A stretch of DNA of 64,000 bases from Kordiimonadaceae bacterium (GCA_017640725.1 JAEPQB010000003.1:544704-608703); one strand, 5' to 3'. Numbered from the stretch's first letter, positions 1 through 10,640 are shown. Notes: generated by a model not told the origin, from the letters alone. Numbers and translations: made by a program.

Positions 1-96
1 GTGCAATTTCACCCCGAAAGCATCGCGTCTGAACATGGGCATGCGCTGATCAAAAACTTCATCGACTTGGCAGACAAAGAGTTGGCTCATGGATGA
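1..96 (+). CDS. trpG: Anthranilate synthase component II / glutamine amidotransferase, 3' end only
   Basis: Frame 1 reads VQFHPESIASEHGHALIKNF...stop at 94-96. QFHPES is the class I GATase His-x-Glu motif. Overlaps the trpD start by 8 nt. Confidence 0.85.
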   Translation: MQFHPESIASEHGHALIKNFIDLADKELAHG

Positions 97-1111
97 CCTA
101 AGCCCCCTGCTCTCTAAACTTACATCCGGAGCTTCCTTGACGCGCGCTGAAGCCAAAAGCGCGTTTGGTTCAATTATGAGCGGCGAATCAGAGCCTCTTC
201 AAGTTGCCGCTATGCTGACGTCAATGTCCCAGCGCGGTGAAACAATTGAAGAAATTGTGGCAGGCGCTGAAGTGATGCGGTCCCACGCCATTCATATCCA
301 AGCGCCGGATGACGCTGTAGATACATGCGGTACTGGTGGCTCTGGCATCGATAGTTTTAATATTTCCACAGCCGCTGCATTCATAACAGTTGCTGCCGGA
401 ATACCGGTAGCCAAGCACGGTAATCGCGCCGCGTCATCAAAATCCGGCTCCGCCGATGTTCTGGAGGCCCTTGGTGGGAACATCGATTTGCCAATGGAAC
501 AAGTGCAAAAATCGTTGACGGAAACAGGTTTCACCTTTTTGTTCGCACGCGCGCACCATAGTGCGGTCCGGCACGTTGTTCCGGTTAGGGCCGCGCTGAA
601 GTTCAAGACCATTTTCAATGTTTTGGGTCCTCTCTCCAGCCCAGCAAATGCAAAGCGTCAGGTCTTGGGCGTTTATGACCGCCGCTTGGTTCTGCCGTTG
701 GCTGAAGTGCTTCGTGATCTAGGTAGTGTGCATAGTTGGGTCGTGCATGGGTCTGACGGACTGGACGAGATTACAACCACGGGCCCCACGTTTGTTGCTG
801 AACTGCGGGACGGCGCCATCCGAGAATTTGAAGTCTCGCCGGGTCAGGTTGGCTTTAATACTGTAAGCCTTGATGAAATCCGTGGCGGTACAGCTGACCA
901 TAATGCTGCTGCTATTCGTGCGATGTTCGCAGGGGAACACTCTCCCTTCCGGGAAATCACGCTCATGAATGCAGGCGCGAGCCTTCTGGTGGGTGGAAAA
1001 GCCAATTCGTTTGAGGATGCCGTCCAAATGGCTGCTGAAATGGTGGACGGTGGTCTTGCGCACAAGGCTTTGAATTCCTGGGTAGAATTTACCAAGAACG
1101 CGAGAACTTAG
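89..1111 (+). CDS. trpD: Anthranilate phosphoribosyltransferase
   Basis: [32 protein letters not shown] and GLDE motifs. Confidence 0.97.
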   Translation: MDDLSPLLSKLTSGASLTRAEAKSAFGSIMSGESEPLQVAAMLTSMSQRGETIEEIVAGAEVMRSHAIHIQAPDDAVDTCGTGGSGIDSFNISTAAAFITVAAGIPVAKHGNRAASSKSGSADVLEALGGNIDLPMEQVQKSLTETGFTFLFARAHHSAVRHVVPVRAALKFKTIFNVLGPLSSPANAKRQVLGVYDRRLVLPLAEVLRDLGSVHSWVVHGSDGLDEITTTGPTFVAELRDGAIREFEVSPGQVGFNTVSLDEIRGGTADHNAAAIRAMFAGEHSPFREITLMNAGASLLVGGKANSFEDAVQMAAEMVDGGLAHKALNSWVEFTKNART

Positions 1112-1115
1112 AGAT

Positions 1116-1919
1116 ATGGTCGATATTTTAGCGGAAATCTGTGATCGAAAGCGCGTTCATGTTTCTGTAAAAAAAGCGCAAACATCGCTTGATCAGTTGA
1201 AAGCTTCCATTGAGCACAAGGACGCACCGCGCGGTTTTGTTTCTGCGCTGCAGGGCATGAAAGCGGACGGAAAGTATGGGTTTATTTGCGAGATCAAAAA
1301 AGCCAGTCCTTCCAAGGGGCTCATCCGACCCGATTTTCACCCGGCAGACTTAGCCGCCGCATATGAAAAAGGCGGTGCGGCTTGTTTGTCTGTTCTGACA
1401 GACGAACCCTATTTCCAGGGGCATGACAGTTTCTTGCAAGAGGCGCGTGCGGCGTGCTCTCTACCAGTATTGCGCAAAGACTTTATGGTTGACCCCTATC
1501 AGGTCTATGAGGCTCGCGCTTTGGGTGCAGACTGTATTCTGCTGATTATGGCGGCACTCTCAGACACGATGGCTAGCGAACTTGAGGATATAGCCATTCA
1601 TCTTGGAATGGATGTTTTGGTTGAAATCCACAATGCAGAAGAGCTTGAAAGGGCAACCAGCCTTAAAAGCCGACTGCTTGGCGTGAATAATCGAAATCTG
1701 AAAACTATGGAAGTTTCACTGTCGAATACGCTGTCTCTGGTGCCTGAATTTCCTGAAGGAACAATTGCGGTTGCAGAGTCTGGCCTGAAAACGCCAAGCG
1801 ATCTGGCAAAGTGTGCTGCCGTTGGCGCAACTACATTTTTGATTGGCGAGACATTCATGCGCGAAGACGATGTGGCAGAAGCTGTTCAGGCGTTACAATT
1901 GGAGACGCCAAATGACTGA
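1116..1919 (+). CDS. trpC: Indole-3-glycerol phosphate synthase
   Basis: [28 protein letters not shown] and AESG motifs. Confidence 0.97.
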   Translation: MVDILAEICDRKRVHVSVKKAQTSLDQLKASIEHKDAPRGFVSALQGMKADGKYGFICEIKKASPSKGLIRPDFHPADLAAAYEKGGAACLSVLTDEPYFQGHDSFLQEARAACSLPVLRKDFMVDPYQVYEARALGADCILLIMAALSDTMASELEDIAIHLGMDVLVEIHNAEELERATSLKSRLLGVNNRNLKTMEVSLSNTLSLVPEFPEGTIAVAESGLKTPSDLAKCAAVGATTFLIGETFMREDDVAEAVQALQLETPND

Positions 1920-2394
1920 TCGATTGAGCCATACGGATGAAACCGGCGCTGCTCACATGGTCGATGTAGGGGCGAAAGCTGAGACCAAGCGCGTGGCCAC
2001 TGCCCGGGCAGTTGTTCATATGCTTAAGGCGACGGCACGGCTTATCAAAGAAAATGGCATTCAAAAAGGCGACGTTCTGGCCGTTTCGCGTGTCGCAGGC
2101 ATTATGGCCGCAAAGAAAACACCAGACCTTATACCGCTATGCCACCCTCTTCCCATCACTGGCGCGTCTGTTGAGTTTGCCTGGATTTCGGATACAGAGC
2201 TTGAAGTTATTGCCGAAGTGAAAGTTTCTGGAAAAACAGGGGTCGAGATGGAAGCTCTTACGGCTGTTAGTGCCGCCGCCCTCACAGTTTATGACATGGC
2301 GAAAGCTGTCGACAAGGGCATGACCATCTCTTCTGTCCAGCTTGTGTCGAAAGAAGGCGGCAAGTCAGGAACATATAGGCGAGAAACTACATGA
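1912..2394 (+). CDS. moaC: Cyclic pyranopterin monophosphate synthase MoaC
   Basis: [21 protein letters not shown] and GVEMEALT motifs. Start moved to ATG 1912 (GGAG upstream, overlaps the trpC stop). Confidence 0.96.
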   Translation: MTDRLSHTDETGAAHMVDVGAKAETKRVATARAVVHMLKATARLIKENGIQKGDVLAVSRVAGIMAAKKTPDLIPLCHPLPITGASVEFAWISDTELEVIAEVKVSGKTGVEMEALTAVSAAALTVYDMAKAVDKGMTISSVQLVSKEGGKSGTYRRETT

Positions 2395-3581
2395 TCAGTG
2401 TTGAAGAAGCTTTTGCCCGCATAGTTGGTGAAGCTAGGCCACTGGATACAGAACAAGTTCCAGTAGCCAAGGCGTCGGGCCGCGTGATTGCAGCGCCTAT
2501 CAAGGCGCGCCGTGCCCAGCCCGCAGCTGATCTGTCGGCAATGGACGGGTATGCCGTTAACAGTGCTGATTTGACTGGTGAAACACGGTTGAGCATGGTT
2601 GGCGAGTCGTCGGCTGGTCATCCATTCAGCGGGTCTGTGGGGTCCGGCCAATGTGTTCGTATTTTTACCGGTGCGGCTGTGCCCGCTGGCGCAGACCAGG
2701 TTGTCATTCAGGAAAATGTGACTGTTGACGGCGCCGATATCAGCACCAGTCAGCCTGCAGAGGCTGGCGCAAATATCAGGCTAAAGGGTATCGATTTTGG
2801 CCTGAATCAAACGGTTTTGGAGGCCAACACTTTTATTTCTCCAAAAACGATAGGCCTGGCCGCCAGTGCCGGTCAGTCGCATTTGATGGTGCACCGTGCA
2901 CCCAAGGTTGCCATTTTGGCAACCGGCGATGAGTTAGCTGCGCCGGGGAAGAAATCATTCTCCGACTTTGATACTGTCGACAGTGTACGCCCTCAGCTAG
3001 AGGCTCTAGTCGCAGACGCAGGAGGCGAGCTTGTTTTCTCTGGGCACGCTGGGGACAGCCTCGAGCAGATTTCAAAAAGTGTCAGCTCAAATACGGCGGC
3101 GGATCTATTTGTAACGATTGGTGGCGCATCTGTTGGCGACAAGGATTTTGTTCAGGATGCATTTAAGCAGGAAGGCATGTCATTGGACTTCTGGAAAGTT
3201 GCCATGCGTCCGGGAAAACCTATGATTTTTGGCAAACGAGACAAACAATATATGTTGGGTTTGCCCGGCAATCCGGCCTCTGCGTTTGTCTGTGCGCTCA
3301 TATTTCTGCGGCCCCTGATTGACAGACTGATGGGTAGGCCCTCGCCGCTGCCGATTGGCGTACCTTTGCCAGCTGCAACGGATTTTCCAGAAAATGGCCC
3401 GCGACAGCATTATATGAGAGCGCGACTAATTGGTGAGCCTGGTTCTAGAATGGTAGATCCCGCGGTGAGCCAAGACAGTAGTCTCGCGTCCGTGCTTGCT
3501 CAGTGCGATGGCTTGATCATACGCGCCCCCAATGCCAAAGCCGTATCTTCCGGGGATTTGGTGAGCTTTTTGCCTTTTTAG
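2391..3581 (+). CDS. moeA: Molybdopterin molybdotransferase MoeA
   Basis: SAMDGYA, IFTGA, TGDEL, GGASVG, RPGKP and LPGNP motifs. ATGA overlap with moaC. Confidence 0.95.
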   Translation: MISVEEAFARIVGEARPLDTEQVPVAKASGRVIAAPIKARRAQPAADLSAMDGYAVNSADLTGETRLSMVGESSAGHPFSGSVGSGQCVRIFTGAAVPAGADQVVIQENVTVDGADISTSQPAEAGANIRLKGIDFGLNQTVLEANTFISPKTIGLAASAGQSHLMVHRAPKVAILATGDELAAPGKKSFSDFDTVDSVRPQLEALVADAGGELVFSGHAGDSLEQISKSVSSNTAADLFVTIGGASVGDKDFVQDAFKQEGMSLDFWKVAMRPGKPMIFGKRDKQYMLGLPGNPASAFVCALIFLRPLIDRLMGRPSPLPIGVPLPAATDFPENGPRQHYMRARLIGEPGSRMVDPAVSQDSSLASVLAQCDGLIIRAPNAKAVSSGDLVSFLPF

Positions 3582-3603
3582 TTGAGCCAAGTGCTTAAGC
3601 ATC

Positions 3604-3649
3604 TTGACAATCAATCAAATCGTGAACTAAAAGAGAACATAAGGTAAAC
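3604..3649 (+). promoter_or_regulatory. lexA promoter with overlapping alphaproteobacterial LexA (SOS) box
   Basis: TTGACA (3604-3609)-N17-CTAAAA. GAAC-N7-GAAC at 3624-3638, plus a degenerate third half-site AAAC at 3646-3649 in the same 11-bp phase. Confidence 0.85.
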
Positions 3650-3669
3650 ACACCTTAGGGAGATACCAT

Positions 3670-4350
3670 ATGTTGACGGCCAAACAGCAGCAGCTTTTGC
3701 TATTTATCGATGACCGCCTGAAAAGCGGCGGCGTTTCACCATCGTTTGATGAGATGAAGGATGCTCTTGGCTTAAAGTCAAAGTCAGGGGTGCATCGATT
3801 GATTAGCGCTCTTGAAGAACGGGGCTTCATCAAAAGAATGGCGAACCGGGCGAGAGCTCTCGAGGTATTGAAGCTGCCCGAAGGAACAGTTGTTGCGGAT
3901 TCCCAGGATATTGCACAGGATAATGTGGTCGCCGGTAATTTTGGGGCATCTACGCCAACTGCGGATACTTTTGAAATTCCGATGCATGGCAAAATTGCTG
4001 CAGGTACGCCGATTGAAGCACTGGAAAACGTTGATAGTCATGTCACAGTTCCGGCAAGCATGGTTGGTCGTGGTAATTGTTATGCCCTTGAAATTTCAGG
4101 TGATTCCATGATTGACCTGGGTATCATGGATGGTGACACGGTAGTTATTGAGAGCGGGCAAACGGCGCGAGATGGTGAAGTTGTTGTGGCACTCGTCGAC
4201 CGTGAAGAAGCGACGTTAAAAACACTACGGAAAAGTGGTTCCGATATTCAATTGGTCCCGGCAAATGCGAGCCACGAAACACAAACCTATGCGGCTAACA
4301 GGGTTCAGGTTCAAGGCAGACTCGTTGGGCTTGTAAGGCATTACCATTAA
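3670..4350 (+). CDS. lexA: SOS repressor LexA
   Basis: N-terminal wHTH ([22 protein letters not shown]), Ala-Gly cleavage site IAAG, catalytic GDSM and ATLK. Confidence 0.97.
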   Translation: MLTAKQQQLLLFIDDRLKSGGVSPSFDEMKDALGLKSKSGVHRLISALEERGFIKRMANRARALEVLKLPEGTVVADSQDIAQDNVVAGNFGASTPTADTFEIPMHGKIAAGTPIEALENVDSHVTVPASMVGRGNCYALEISGDSMIDLGIMDGDTVVIESGQTARDGEVVVALVDREEATLKTLRKSGSDIQLVPANASHETQTYAANRVQVQGRLVGLVRHYH

Positions 4351-4358
4351 GCCTCAAG

Positions 4359-6503
4359 CTACTCAGACACTGGACTGGGGCTGTTTTTTGAAAATAATCT
4401 GTGCGGGCTGGCATACTCAGCCCGCATTTTGTTTGGCTGAATATCATCAAGATACAAGCCGACAGGACCAGCGGCAGCAATGTCCTCAATTGCTAAGAAC
4501 ACTGCTGGGTTGCGACAATGGCGCCGCAAGTCATAGGGCGCAATGACGATATGACCTGTGTTGCAAGCGTTTCTAACGACCTCAAGTGAGACGCTTCGGA
4601 CAATTCGCAGATTTTGCGCTGTTGAGCTTGGGACGGCAATATTAGTTAGGCAACCACGGTCATTACATTTTCTGTCGAGTTTTTTGCTTGGCGCGTTTAA
4701 GGGCATATTCCAGTAGCGCATCCAGATTTCGTCCCGAAAACCACCGCGTCTGCCCCCTATCACCCGAAATTCGTGGTTGTCAGATTTTGCAGCAATGATG
4801 CGCCCTTCGCTGTCTATCAATATGATTGCCGTGTTTTTTTGCATGAGGGCAATCGCAACAACGAACGTCAAGCTGATCGCTATTGGCATCAATCGATGCC
4901 TTATTAACATTAGCAAAGCGAACAGCAGGAACGTTACCAACAAGACTTCTGGGTGAAATGGCCCTGCCCGAAGCACGCTTAAGGGGGCCTCAATCAAAAA
5001 TGAAGACAGGGCAATAATCCAATCTAGCCCCAAGCCCATGACCGCCAAGAGCACCCCATCCAACCCCAAGGGTATGAGAACAAGCGACAGAAAAGCAGCC
5101 GGCATCACAATAAAGGCCATGAGAGGTACGGCAAGTATATTGGCAAGGATGCCAATCACCGATAGTGCCTGAAAGTGAAACAGGGCAATGGGTGCAATGG
5201 CGACCTGTGCAACCAAACTGGTCAGGGCTGTGGCTGCGACGAATGTACCCAGATTATGAAATCTCCGCTGAACTGTTGAATTTTGAATTTGTTGCTGTCT
5301 CGAAGATCTGCCGCGGCTGACACTTTCATAGAAGACTATGAGTCCAATGGTAGCTGCAAAGGACATCTGAAAGCTGATCGACAAAATTGCCTGCGGAGTC
5401 ATGACTAGAATAGCCATTGCAGCAAGAGCGACACTTCTAAGTGACAGTACTCTGCGGTCTGTGACAACCGCCAACAACGCAATGGATACCATGACAAAAG
5501 CCCGCAAGGTGCTTATGCCGGCTCCTGACAAAAGAAGATAAACAACTGCAGTTACCCATGCCCCTAAAGCAGCAAGTTTTCGAGCAGGATAGCGGGCAGC
5601 AAAGCCAGGTAATGCCGCGAAAAGGAATTCAAGCAGGAAAAACGCAACACCTGTTATTAAGCCCATGTGAAGGCCGGAAATGGCCAACAAGTGAGCTAAG
5701 CCTGCATCGCGCAATATATTGGCTGTTGCCCTATCCAAATGTTGTCTCTGGCCAGTAATCAATGCCACCGCGACACCAGAGATGGGTTGGCTGAGCGTAG
5801 ACAAAATGCGCTCAGAAAGATTGTTTCGATAGTTGGCAAGTCGTGTGAAAAAACTGCTGTTGTGCGGCAATGACGGGTGAAAATCGATTGGTGATACTGC
5901 AAAACCCCTTAGGGCGATGCCTTTAAGCCGATGGTTGAGTGCGAAGTCAAAACCTCCTGGCACCATTGGCCCGGACTGTGGCTCCAAAATAGCTGTCAAT
6001 TGCACGGCGTGGCCTGTTGCCAGAGTATCAGGATAGTCTGTTCGCACAGTGATCTGGATGTCTTCTCCAGCTAGTTCCGGCAGTTTACTGGCCTCCATTA
6101 CGGTGATCCGCAGGCGCAGGGGCGCGGCAATACGATGCTCTATACTTTGGACGTAACCTGCTATGTTGACAAAGGATTCTCTTTCGATCTCGATATTTGG
6201 CAGTTGGTTCTTATGAACCGCAGCGATTGCTGCACCCAAGACAAAAAACGCAGTCAAAACAATTGGTGATTTCCGGTTTTCGGCCGCAAACCAACCGGTT
6301 AACAGCAGCACAAGACCAATGATCACACCGATGAAACCTGTGTATGCCGGCAATTCAAAGGTAAATGAACTCGCACACCCGACAGCGAACAGGATGGCAC
6401 TGCTAATGAGCCGCCAATCTTCATGGAGTTTGATTGCCAAGCGGCCTCGTTCAAACACCTCACTTATGGCGTTAGAGATATTGGAAAGCCTCATAAACAC
6501 CAC
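4359..6503 (-). CDS. comEC: ComEC/Rec2-family competence membrane protein
   Basis: AGLAHLLAISGLHMG, TLRAFVM and SFQMSFAA motifs, many TM segments, conserved position between lexA and gltX. Confidence 0.9.
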   Translation of the reverse strand: MVFMRLSNISNAISEVFERGRLAIKLHEDWRLISSAILFAVGCASSFTFELPAYTGFIGVIIGLVLLLTGWFAAENRKSPIVLTAFFVLGAAIAAVHKNQLPNIEIERESFVNIAGYVQSIEHRIAAPLRLRITVMEASKLPELAGEDIQITVRTDYPDTLATGHAVQLTAILEPQSGPMVPGGFDFALNHRLKGIALRGFAVSPIDFHPSLPHNSSFFTRLANYRNNLSERILSTLSQPISGVAVALITGQRQHLDRATANILRDAGLAHLLAISGLHMGLITGVAFFLLEFLFAALPGFAARYPARKLAALGAWVTAVVYLLLSGAGISTLRAFVMVSIALLAVVTDRRVLSLRSVALAAMAILVMTPQAILSISFQMSFAATIGLIVFYESVSRGRSSRQQQIQNSTVQRRFHNLGTFVAATALTSLVAQVAIAPIALFHFQALSVIGILANILAVPLMAFIVMPAAFLSLVLIPLGLDGVLLAVMGLGLDWIIALSSFLIEAPLSVLRAGPFHPEVLLVTFLLFALLMLIRHRLMPIAISLTFVVAIALMQKNTAIILIDSEGRIIAAKSDNHEFRVIGGRRGGFRDEIWMRYWNMPLNAPSKKLDRKCNDRGCLTNIAVPSSTAQNLRIVRSVSLEVVRNACNTGHIVIAPYDLRRHCRNPAVFLAIEDIAAAGPVGLYLDDIQPNKMRAEYASPHRLFSKNSPSPVSE

Positions 6504-6648
6504 TCAAACCTAAATAGTGCAGATTTTAAAGCAAATTTGTGTTGAGGCCGATCTTGTGCTAAAAGCCACGCAAGCTTCTGAAACAGCGCGTTTCAAATCC
6601 GAAAAGTGCTGAATTTAGTTAGAACTTATAAGTATTTATGAACTGAGC

Positions 6649-8061
6649 GTGTCCCTACTCATGCCCAACGTTGTTACACGATTTGCACCTTCCCCTACCG
6701 GTTTCCTCCATATTGGAGGAGCACGGACAGCGCTCTACAATTGGTTGTATGCGCGCCACCATGGCGGAAAGTTTCTTTTACGCATAGAAGATACCGATAG
6801 GGCTCGCTCTACTGAAGAAGCTATCACAGCAATTCTGAGTGGCATGCAGTGGCTCGGGTTGGACTGGGATGGTGATGCAATTAGCCAGTTTGACAATGCC
6901 AAGCGTCACCAAGAAGTTGCTGAGCAAATGCTTGCAAATGGTTCCGCCTATAAGTGTTATGCCACGCCTGAAGAAACGGCGGAATTGCGGTCAGCAGCGC
7001 GGGAAAAAGGTGTCCCTTTCCGCGGTGATATGTGGCGCGACAAAATAGTTGACGGTGAAACGGCGACGAAACCCTATTCCGTGCGCATTAAAATGCCACG
7101 AGAGGGTGAAACCACCATTGAAGACGCGGTGCAAGGCAGTGTTACAGTTCAGAACAGTGAACTGGACGATATGATCCTTCTTCGGTCTGATGGTACGCCC
7201 ACATATATGTTGGCTGTAGTGGTTGATGACCATGACATGGGCGTGACACATGCGATACGAGGCGATGATCACTTGAACAACGCTTTTCGCCAGTACCAGA
7301 TTTATGCGGCAATGGGTTGGACTGCGCCGACTTTTGCCCATATTCCTCTTATTCACGGCCCGGACGGCAAAAAACTGTCAAAACGCCATGGTGCATTGGG
7401 CGTGGATGCCTATGCAGACATGGGTTTTGTAGCTGAGGCAATGCGTAATTATCTGCTGCGGTTGGGGTGGAGCCACGGCGATGACGAGATCATTTCTACG
7501 GATCAGGCGATCGACTGGTTTAATCTAGAAAATGTGGGTAAAGGCCCTGCCCGGTTCGATTTTGATAAGCTCGACAGCCTTAATGCACACTACCTGCGAC
7601 AAATGAGTTCAGATAATCTCTTGTCGCTGATTAAAAACGACCTAGAAAAGACAGTGCAGTCTCCTTTATCTGAGGAAGAAAGCACGAGAATACTGCGCGC
7701 CCTGCCAGCTGTTGCGGAGCGAGCAAAGCGTTTACCGGATGTGATCGAGGGAGCGTCGCTTTTTTGTAACATTCGACCAGTATCGCTTACCGATAAAGCG
7801 GCAAATACCGTTGGTGGCCAAGGGCCAATGTTTAACGGTATTGCCACTGAACTGACCGCTCTGACTTCCTGGCAACAGGATGAGATTAAAGCGGCCATTA
7901 TGTCCTTTGCACAGGCGAGGGATTTGAAATTGGGAAAGGTTATGCAACCTATCAGAGCCGCTGTTACTGGCGGTGCCCCTTCGGGGGATCTGGTTGAACT
8001 GCTGGAGATACTAGGCCAGCAGGAAGTGGTTGCCCGGTTAAATGATCTGACCGAAGCCTGA
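6649..8061 (+). CDS. gltX: Glutamate--tRNA ligase
   Basis: RFAPSPTGFLHIGG (HIGH), LRIEDTD and KLSKR (KMSKS-like). Start is GTG 6649 or ATG 6661. Confidence 0.96.
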   Translation: MSLLMPNVVTRFAPSPTGFLHIGGARTALYNWLYARHHGGKFLLRIEDTDRARSTEEAITAILSGMQWLGLDWDGDAISQFDNAKRHQEVAEQMLANGSAYKCYATPEETAELRSAAREKGVPFRGDMWRDKIVDGETATKPYSVRIKMPREGETTIEDAVQGSVTVQNSELDDMILLRSDGTPTYMLAVVVDDHDMGVTHAIRGDDHLNNAFRQYQIYAAMGWTAPTFAHIPLIHGPDGKKLSKRHGALGVDAYADMGFVAEAMRNYLLRLGWSHGDDEIISTDQAIDWFNLENVGKGPARFDFDKLDSLNAHYLRQMSSDNLLSLIKNDLEKTVQSPLSEEESTRILRALPAVAERAKRLPDVIEGASLFCNIRPVSLTDKAANTVGGQGPMFNGIATELTALTSWQQDEIKAAIMSFAQARDLKLGKVMQPIRAAVTGGAPSGDLVELLEILGQQEVVARLNDLTEA

Positions 8062-8110
8062 CCTAGTCTGGTGGTAACACTGGATGAATTTATTATAAGG
8101 AGTATGGACC

Positions 8111-9397
8111 ATGTCTAACGATCCCCTGAAATTGACCGGCGACGGTCTGGAAGTCGATCTCCCCGTGATGGAAGGCTCCGTGGGTCCAAAAGTTATTGAT
8201 ATTCGCAAATTGTATGCTCAAACGGACATGTTCACGTTTGATCCTGGTTTCACGTCTACCGCCAGCTGCGAATCTAAAATCACGTATATTGACGGTGAAA
8301 AGGGTGAATTGCAGTACCGCGGTTACCCAATTGAGCAATTGGCAGCGCATAGCGATTATATGGAATGTTGCTACCTTCTTCTGTTTGGCGAGTTGCCAAC
8401 TAAAGCCGAAAAAGAAAAGTTTGTCTGGGACATCACGCACCACACTATGGTGCATGAGCAATTGCACCGCTTCTTCAGCGGTTTCCGTCGTGACGCTCAC
8501 CCAATGGCAATTATGGTTGGAGTTGTAGGTGCTTTGGCTGCGTTTTATCACGACAGCACTGACATCAATGATCCGCATCAGCGCATGGTGGCAAGCTATC
8601 GCATGATTGCCAAGATCCCGACGATCGCAGCAATGGCCTACAAATACTCTATTGGTCAGGCGTTTGTATATCCCGACAACAATCTGTCGTATGCGGGTAA
8701 CTTCCTGAAAATGATGTTCTCGGTTCCAGCTGAAGAATATGAAGTTAATCCAATCCTTGAAAAAGCGATGGACCTGATTTTCATTCTGCATGCAGACCAC
8801 GAGCAAAATGCATCAACTTCTACAGTTCGTCTGGCCGGATCTTCTGGTGCCAATCCTTTTGCGTGTATTGCTGCTGGTATTGCGTGCTTGTGGGGACCAG
8901 CTCACGGCGGTGCTAACGAAGCGTGCCTGAACATGCTGAACGAAATCGGTACCGTTGACCGCATTCCAGAATTCGTTGCTCGGGCCAAAGACAAATCCGA
9001 TCCATTCCGTTTGATGGGCTTTGGTCACCGGGTGTACAAAAACTTCGATCCACGCGCGACAGTTATGCGTGATACTGCGCACCAGGTTCTCAAAGAACTC
9101 GGTGTGGATGACCCACTTTTTGATGTGGCGATGGAACTTGAGAAAATCGCACTGGAAGACGAATATTTCGTTGCGAAGAAACTGTATCCAAACGTTGATT
9201 TCTATTCAGGTATCATTCTGAAAGCCATGGGTTTCCCAACAGAAATGTTCACCGTGTTGTTCGCCTTGGCGCGCACCAGTGGCTGGATCGCCCAGTGGAA
9301 CGAGATGATTGAAGACCCAACGCAAAAGATTGGTCGTCCGCGTCAGTTGTTCACAGGGACGCCGAAGCGCGACTATGCGCCATTGGAAAGCCGTTAA
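8111..9397 (+). CDS. gltA: Type II citrate synthase
   Basis: [36 protein letters not shown] and NVDFYSG motifs. Confidence 0.98.
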   Translation: MSNDPLKLTGDGLEVDLPVMEGSVGPKVIDIRKLYAQTDMFTFDPGFTSTASCESKITYIDGEKGELQYRGYPIEQLAAHSDYMECCYLLLFGELPTKAEKEKFVWDITHHTMVHEQLHRFFSGFRRDAHPMAIMVGVVGALAAFYHDSTDINDPHQRMVASYRMIAKIPTIAAMAYKYSIGQAFVYPDNNLSYAGNFLKMMFSVPAEEYEVNPILEKAMDLIFILHADHEQNASTSTVRLAGSSGANPFACIAAGIACLWGPAHGGANEACLNMLNEIGTVDRIPEFVARAKDKSDPFRLMGFGHRVYKNFDPRATVMRDTAHQVLKELGVDDPLFDVAMELEKIALEDEYFVAKKLYPNVDFYSGIILKAMGFPTEMFTVLFALARTSGWIAQWNEMIEDPTQKIGRPRQLFTGTPKRDYAPLESR

Positions 9398-9419
9398 CGG
9401 CCTTAGAACCATCTAAACG

Positions 9420-9450
9420 AAAAAAGCCGCCCGGTCTGGGCGGCTTTTTT
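9420..9450. terminator. Bidirectional intrinsic terminator between convergent gltA and fabZ
   Basis: AAAAAAGCCGCCC-GGTCT-GGGCGGCTTTTTT. Confidence 0.9.
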
Positions 9451-9482
9451 ATTGGTTATAATTGTCGGATGAGCCGTCTAAG

Positions 9483-9920
9483 TTACTCAGCCCCGAGCAT
9501 GGCGGTTAGTTTGGCTTCGGTAACAAGCTCGTCGTTGACATAGGCAGCAGCGTCGAACTTCCATACGGAGCTTCCACCGCGTGTCTTGTTTACCTTCATG
9601 TGTAGAACATCGCCGGGCACAACTGGACGACGGAATTTGGCACCGTCAATACCCATAAAGTACATAACCTTGCCTTTGGCGTCGTCCCCCAGGAATTGAA
9701 CAGCCAGAACGCCAGCGGTCTGTGCCATCGCCTCCAAGATCAAGACGCCCGGCATAACAGGTTTTTGTGGAAAGTGGCCCGGAAAAAATGGCTCGTTAAT
9801 TGTGACATTCTTGATGCCGGTTGCACTTTCACCGGGAACAATGTCCACCAGTTTATCCACCAACAGGAATGGATAGCGGTGTGGAATGGATTCCAGGATT
9901 TCCGCAATAGAGAGTTCCAT
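9483..9920 (-). CDS. fabZ: 3-hydroxyacyl-ACP dehydratase FabZ
   Basis: PHRYPFLLVD and FFPGHFPQKPVMPGVLILEAMAQ. Start ATG 9920 has GGAGG 5 nt upstream. Confidence 0.96.
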   Translation of the reverse strand: MELSIAEILESIPHRYPFLLVDKLVDIVPGESATGIKNVTINEPFFPGHFPQKPVMPGVLILEAMAQTAGVLAVQFLGDDAKGKVMYFMGIDGAKFRRPVVPGDVLHMKVNKTRGGSSVWKFDAAAYVNDELVTEAKLTAMLGAE

Positions 9921-9932
9921 GATGACCTCCGG

Positions 9933-9956
9933 CAATAAGCGCAAAAGCGCTTATTG
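9933..9956. repeat. Perfect 10-bp inverted repeat between skp and fabZ
   Basis: CAATAAGCGC-AAAA-GCGCTTATTG, overlapping the skp stop codon. Confidence 0.8.
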
Positions 9957-10622
9957 ACCCTCAGGGCTTACGGGCACTTCATCAGTGGCTTCGCCAGTGT
10001 CAGCAGCCTGCTGAAGCAGCGTAAGGGTTACTGTTGGCAACGAATCATCCAGACGCTCAATAAACTCTGTCGTCACATCAAGGCCAGAAGCAGTTTCAAG
10101 CGCAAGGCTCTTACGCATAATGATCTCGGCACCACGTTCCTTCAGGATTTCCCGCAACAGTGGGCTGCGCGCGCGTTCCACTTGTGTTTGGGCCTCGCGG
10201 CGTAGATTGTCGAAATACAATTCGAGCTGACGCAGCTGGTTGGTTTCATTCTGCAACTGCTGGCGCATTTGCTGACCTTCAGTTTGGAAAGTCGCTTCTT
10301 TGGTTTGACGCTCCGTTTCATAGGCATCATTACCAATGATGGATTTTCTTTTTTCAAGATCATCCAATTCCGCGACCATACGCTGCTGGAATTGAACAGC
10401 AGTTTGATCCCAGAAACCGTCTGGCGACGTGCGTTGACGAAGGGCGATGATGGCATCGCGAATTTTAGCTGTTTGAAGATCAAAGTCTTTAAAAGCTGCT
10501 GCTTCGCGCTGAACGCGCTCTTGGTCGATGATCAGAATATCAGCTGCTGCTGATACTGTAATGCTTGTGGCAAGCGCTAGACCTGTCACTGCCTGGATTA
10601 GTTTTGTTGCGATATTCCGCAT
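9951..10622 (-). CDS. skp: Divergent, elongated OmpH/Skp-family periplasmic chaperone
   Basis: Signal peptide, IID-x-x-x-V N-terminal strand, long coiled coil, C-terminal LDVTTEFIERLD, position directly after bamA. Confidence 0.75.
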   Translation of the reverse strand: MRNIATKLIQAVTGLALATSITVSAAADILIIDQERVQREAAAFKDFDLQTAKIRDAIIALRQRTSPDGFWDQTAVQFQQRMVAELDDLEKRKSIIGNDAYETERQTKEATFQTEGQQMRQQLQNETNQLRQLELYFDNLRREAQTQVERARSPLLREILKERGAEIIMRKSLALETASGLDVTTEFIERLDDSLPTVTLTLLQQAADTGEATDEVPVSPEGQ

Positions 10623-10640
10623 GTTTGTACCCCATGTACT

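Noticed and set aside
2975-2995. MoeA has DSV where homologues usually have D(S/T)N
   Set aside because: It is a single substitution, the other catalytic motifs are intact, and there is no sign of pseudogenisation.
6622-6643. GAAC...GAAC in the comEC-gltX spacer
   Set aside because: The spacing is N14, not N7.
8093-8806. 237-aa minus-strand ORF
   Set aside because: It is the antisense shadow of gltA, with no motifs. Long antisense ORFs are expected opposite genes with strong codon bias.
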